From Candidatus Babeliales bacterium (GTDB taxonomy: Bacteria; Babelota; Babeliae; Babelales; JANWKD01): DNA of 19,053 nucleotides. Numbering within the stretch: the first letter of the stretch is position 1; every line of letters begins with the position of its first letter. The notes beneath the pieces are model-generated. The model did not search any database. It was not told where the DNA came from and was given only the letters and a program-made list of their open reading frames with translations. Of this stretch, positions 16,808 to 19,053 are shown one piece after another. The translations under genes were made by a program, and so were the position numbers. The stretch lies in the NCBI GenBank assembly GCA_963722075.1, contig CAVRJM010000004.1:1-19053 (forward strand), written 5' to 3'.

Positions 16808-16876
16808 CTCAATATTTAAGCTAGAACAAACGGTTTTTATGACTTGCACACCAGAGGAAAACTCAATTTCATGGTT
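16808..16876 (-). repeat. Diverged 69-bp coding-tail repeat B
   Basis: Minus strand reads NHEIEFSSGVQVIKTVCSSLNIE(V*); paralog of 5329-5397. Confidence 0.8.
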
Positions 16877-17045
16877 CACTCTAAAATGAGCAACTACTTA
16901 TGGTGCCTTGAAGACTTTGATATTAAAACACCTGAAGGCAAAAGAAATAAGCGATTTTGATGTACTTGGAGGGCAGTATCGAATGGTTAATTTTACCGCA
17001 ACAAATAGTAAAAAGTAGTAATAAACAAAAATTGGAATAGTTGCT

Positions 17046-17966
17046 TTAAGAGTTTAGATATTTTTGGAATAATGCTAAAATTTCTGGGTGTGTACGTTGT
17101 ATTTTTTCAGCATCCTTCCAAGGAGTTGACATTACATCCCGATACATTTCTGGTTTTGATATGTATTGTAATCGAGGATTAGCACCTTTCTGTAATAATA
17201 ATTCTATTAGATTAAGGTCATCAAATACATTACATGCATACCATAAAAGTGGCTTTCTAGTTTCATACCATAAAAAATCATAATTTGCATTTAATCCTTT
17301 TTCTATGAGAAGTCTGAATAATTTTTTACATGCAGGATGCTGTTCATGTGTACTTCTTGGAACACTAAAATCTCTAGGTAGATCATCAGCGTTCACCTGA
17401 GCTTCTTTTTCTAATAATTCAAGTGCCAGTTCAGGTTCTCTGCTTAAATGGATATAATACATTAAACCATAATCATTAATTCTAAAATTAAGATTTAAAC
17501 CATCCTGAAGAGATAAACGTATAGTTTCTTGATCTCTGCGTCTGATTCGCTTAATTCGATTCACAATATCTTTTATTTTAAACGTTAAAAAGATTCCAGG
17601 TTCTTTGACTTTTTCTTGTAATTTTTGTGCAACTTCAATAAATTGTGTATCTGAAGTAAGAGAATGCATTAAGAATGCATTTATTTTTTTTGAAAAATAA
17701 TCCGCGGTGACAAATTCATAGTTTTCATGACTAGTTGCTGCAAAATTACTCATCGCTTGTAAGGCTGCTATAAATTCACCAATATTTTCAACCGATTGCG
17801 GCATCAATAAAACAATTATTCCGCTTTTAATTTCAGAAATTAATAATGGAGAAAAATTATCTATTTCTTGTGCATCTTTATTAAGTTCCTCCATGACGTG
17901 TAACTTCTCAAAAAAGAAAAGTATCACAAATAGAACAAACATACGAGACATTTTAAAATGATTCAT
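17046..17966 (-). CDS. Protein with C-terminal ankyrin-like repeats and N-terminal hydrophobic leader
   Basis: LLIEKGLNAN and PLLWYAC..DDLNLIELLLQKGANP; AAGGTG RBS. Confidence 0.8.
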   Translation of the reverse strand: MNHFKMSRMFVLFVILFFFEKLHVMEELNKDAQEIDNFSPLLISEIKSGIIVLLMPQSVENIGEFIAALQAMSNFAATSHENYEFVTADYFSKKINAFLMHSLTSDTQFIEVAQKLQEKVKEPGIFLTFKIKDIVNRIKRIRRRDQETIRLSLQDGLNLNFRINDYGLMYYIHLSREPELALELLEKEAQVNADDLPRDFSVPRSTHEQHPACKKLFRLLIEKGLNANYDFLWYETRKPLLWYACNVFDDLNLIELLLQKGANPRLQYISKPEMYRDVMSTPWKDAEKIQRTHPEILALFQKYLNS

Positions 17967-18108
17967 AATTCACCTTTTTAATAGAGTTACTCTTTTTAAT
18001 AGAATGACGAAGGAACTCCATGATTTGTCAGATCTAATAGATACGTTACTTAGTTATCTTCCTTAAGCATAATGGTATTTTCAAGTTACTGCTGGCTGAA
18101 CCAAACAG

Positions 18109-18795
18109 CTAAGCAGATTTCCGTGCAAACAGATTCAAAAGCGCCTGTGCTGCGGCAGCCGATGATGCGGGATTTTGCCCGGTAACAAGTCGACCATCAA
18201 CGACTGCAAAGCTCTCCCAATCGGGCGCTTTCTCATAGAGACCACCAAGTCTCTTCAGCTCATCTTCGACAAGGAATGGCACAACCTTGGTAAGGTGAAC
18301 AGCTTCCTCTTCACCGTTAGTAAAACCCGTCACGCGCTTACCCTTCACAATTGGAGCTCCCTTGTACATCACCCGATGGAGCACAGCTGGTGAATGGCAG
18401 ACTGCGGCGACCGGCTTGCCTGAATTATAGAAAGACTCGATGAGAGCTATTGAATCGGCATTGTCGACAAGATCCCACATAGGGCCATGACCGCCCACGT
18501 AGAATATGGTGTCAAAATTCTCCGCTTTCATATCGGCGAGCTTGACCGTCCGCGAAAGCGCTTTTTGCGCAGTTGGGTCTTGCTTGAACCGTGTCATCGC
18601 TGGAGTTTGATTTTCTGGTATATCGCTTTTGGGATCAATCGGCGGTTGCCCACCTTTGGGTGAAGCCAACGTTAGTTCAACACCTGCATCGCTGAACACA
18701 TAATAGGGGGCCGCGAACTCCTCAAGCCAGAAGCCGGTCTTACGGCCGGTGTTTCCCAGTTGATCGTGGGACGTCAGTACCATAAGTATTTTCAT
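18109..18795 (-). CDS. DJ-1/PfpI (Hsp31-like) type 1 glutamine amidotransferase-domain protein
   Basis: MKILMVLTSH..LG.TG..TGFWLEEFAAPYY, GGHGPMWDL, AAVCHSP (nucleophile Cys) and VTGQNPAS. Start taken at MKILM. Confidence 0.95.
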   Translation of the reverse strand: MKILMVLTSHDQLGNTGRKTGFWLEEFAAPYYVFSDAGVELTLASPKGGQPPIDPKSDIPENQTPAMTRFKQDPTAQKALSRTVKLADMKAENFDTIFYVGGHGPMWDLVDNADSIALIESFYNSGKPVAAVCHSPAVLHRVMYKGAPIVKGKRVTGFTNGEEEAVHLTKVVPFLVEDELKRLGGLYEKAPDWESFAVVDGRLVTGQNPASSAAAAQALLNLFARKSA

Positions 18796-19053
18796 CTTCT
18801 TTTTTCCTTTGTTTTTCGCCATACTTTCATTCATGTCGCTGATCCCTGTAGCTCTTCGTTGTCCTATCCTGCAGACAATAATTTATGAGCTGATTCTCTT
18901 TATACCAATTATATTTTTCCGTGTAAAATCAGGATGCTTAAGATATGATTCTCTGAAGATTTTTCAACTCACCCTTGCTTAATACAACATCGAAAAACAG
19001 GCCTTAAGATATAGTATGAGCATAGATACTTAAATATAATTGTTTACATTGTT

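Noticed and set aside
16890..17030. Possible short coding remnant (...LKHLKAKEISDFDVLGGQYRMVNF...)
   Set aside because: No recognisable family and no second copy in the window to support it.
9480..18393. Short ORFs 9480..9752, 10573..10755, 11610..11894, 13935..14237, 14814..15077, 18175..18393
   Set aside because: Antisense or overlapping shadows of supported genes.
1..19053. CRISPR array, intact tRNA/rRNA or prophage structural genes
   Set aside because: No regularly spaced repeats, complete cloverleaf or recognisable virion proteins were seen.

Overview
AT-rich accessory region. The mix of ankyrin-repeat and small signal-peptide proteins suggests an intracellular bacterium such as Ca. 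Dependentiae/TM6 (inference). Three intact IS elements each have a clean target-site duplication (TSD): two near-identical inverted IS3-family copies (32-1343, TSD ATA; 7333-8644, TSD GCT) and one IS701-like element (9146-10284, TSD TATTTA). Removing them in silico restores the interrupted reading frames. Underneath lie several decayed, co-oriented (minus-strand) pieces of what looks like one family of small integrative elements: a conserved leader with a short ORF (2 copies), a putative gene II/X-like replication protein (1 N-terminal and 2 C-terminal pieces), a serine recombinase N-terminus, and a twice-repeated coding tail. Between them are three GIY-YIG remnants, tRNA-like 3' scars, a toxin-antitoxin cluster, three ankyrin proteins, a NUDIX hydrolase, a tandem DUF6624-like protein and a GC-rich DJ-1/PfpI gene. 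Family assignments come from motif recognition only; no searches were run.
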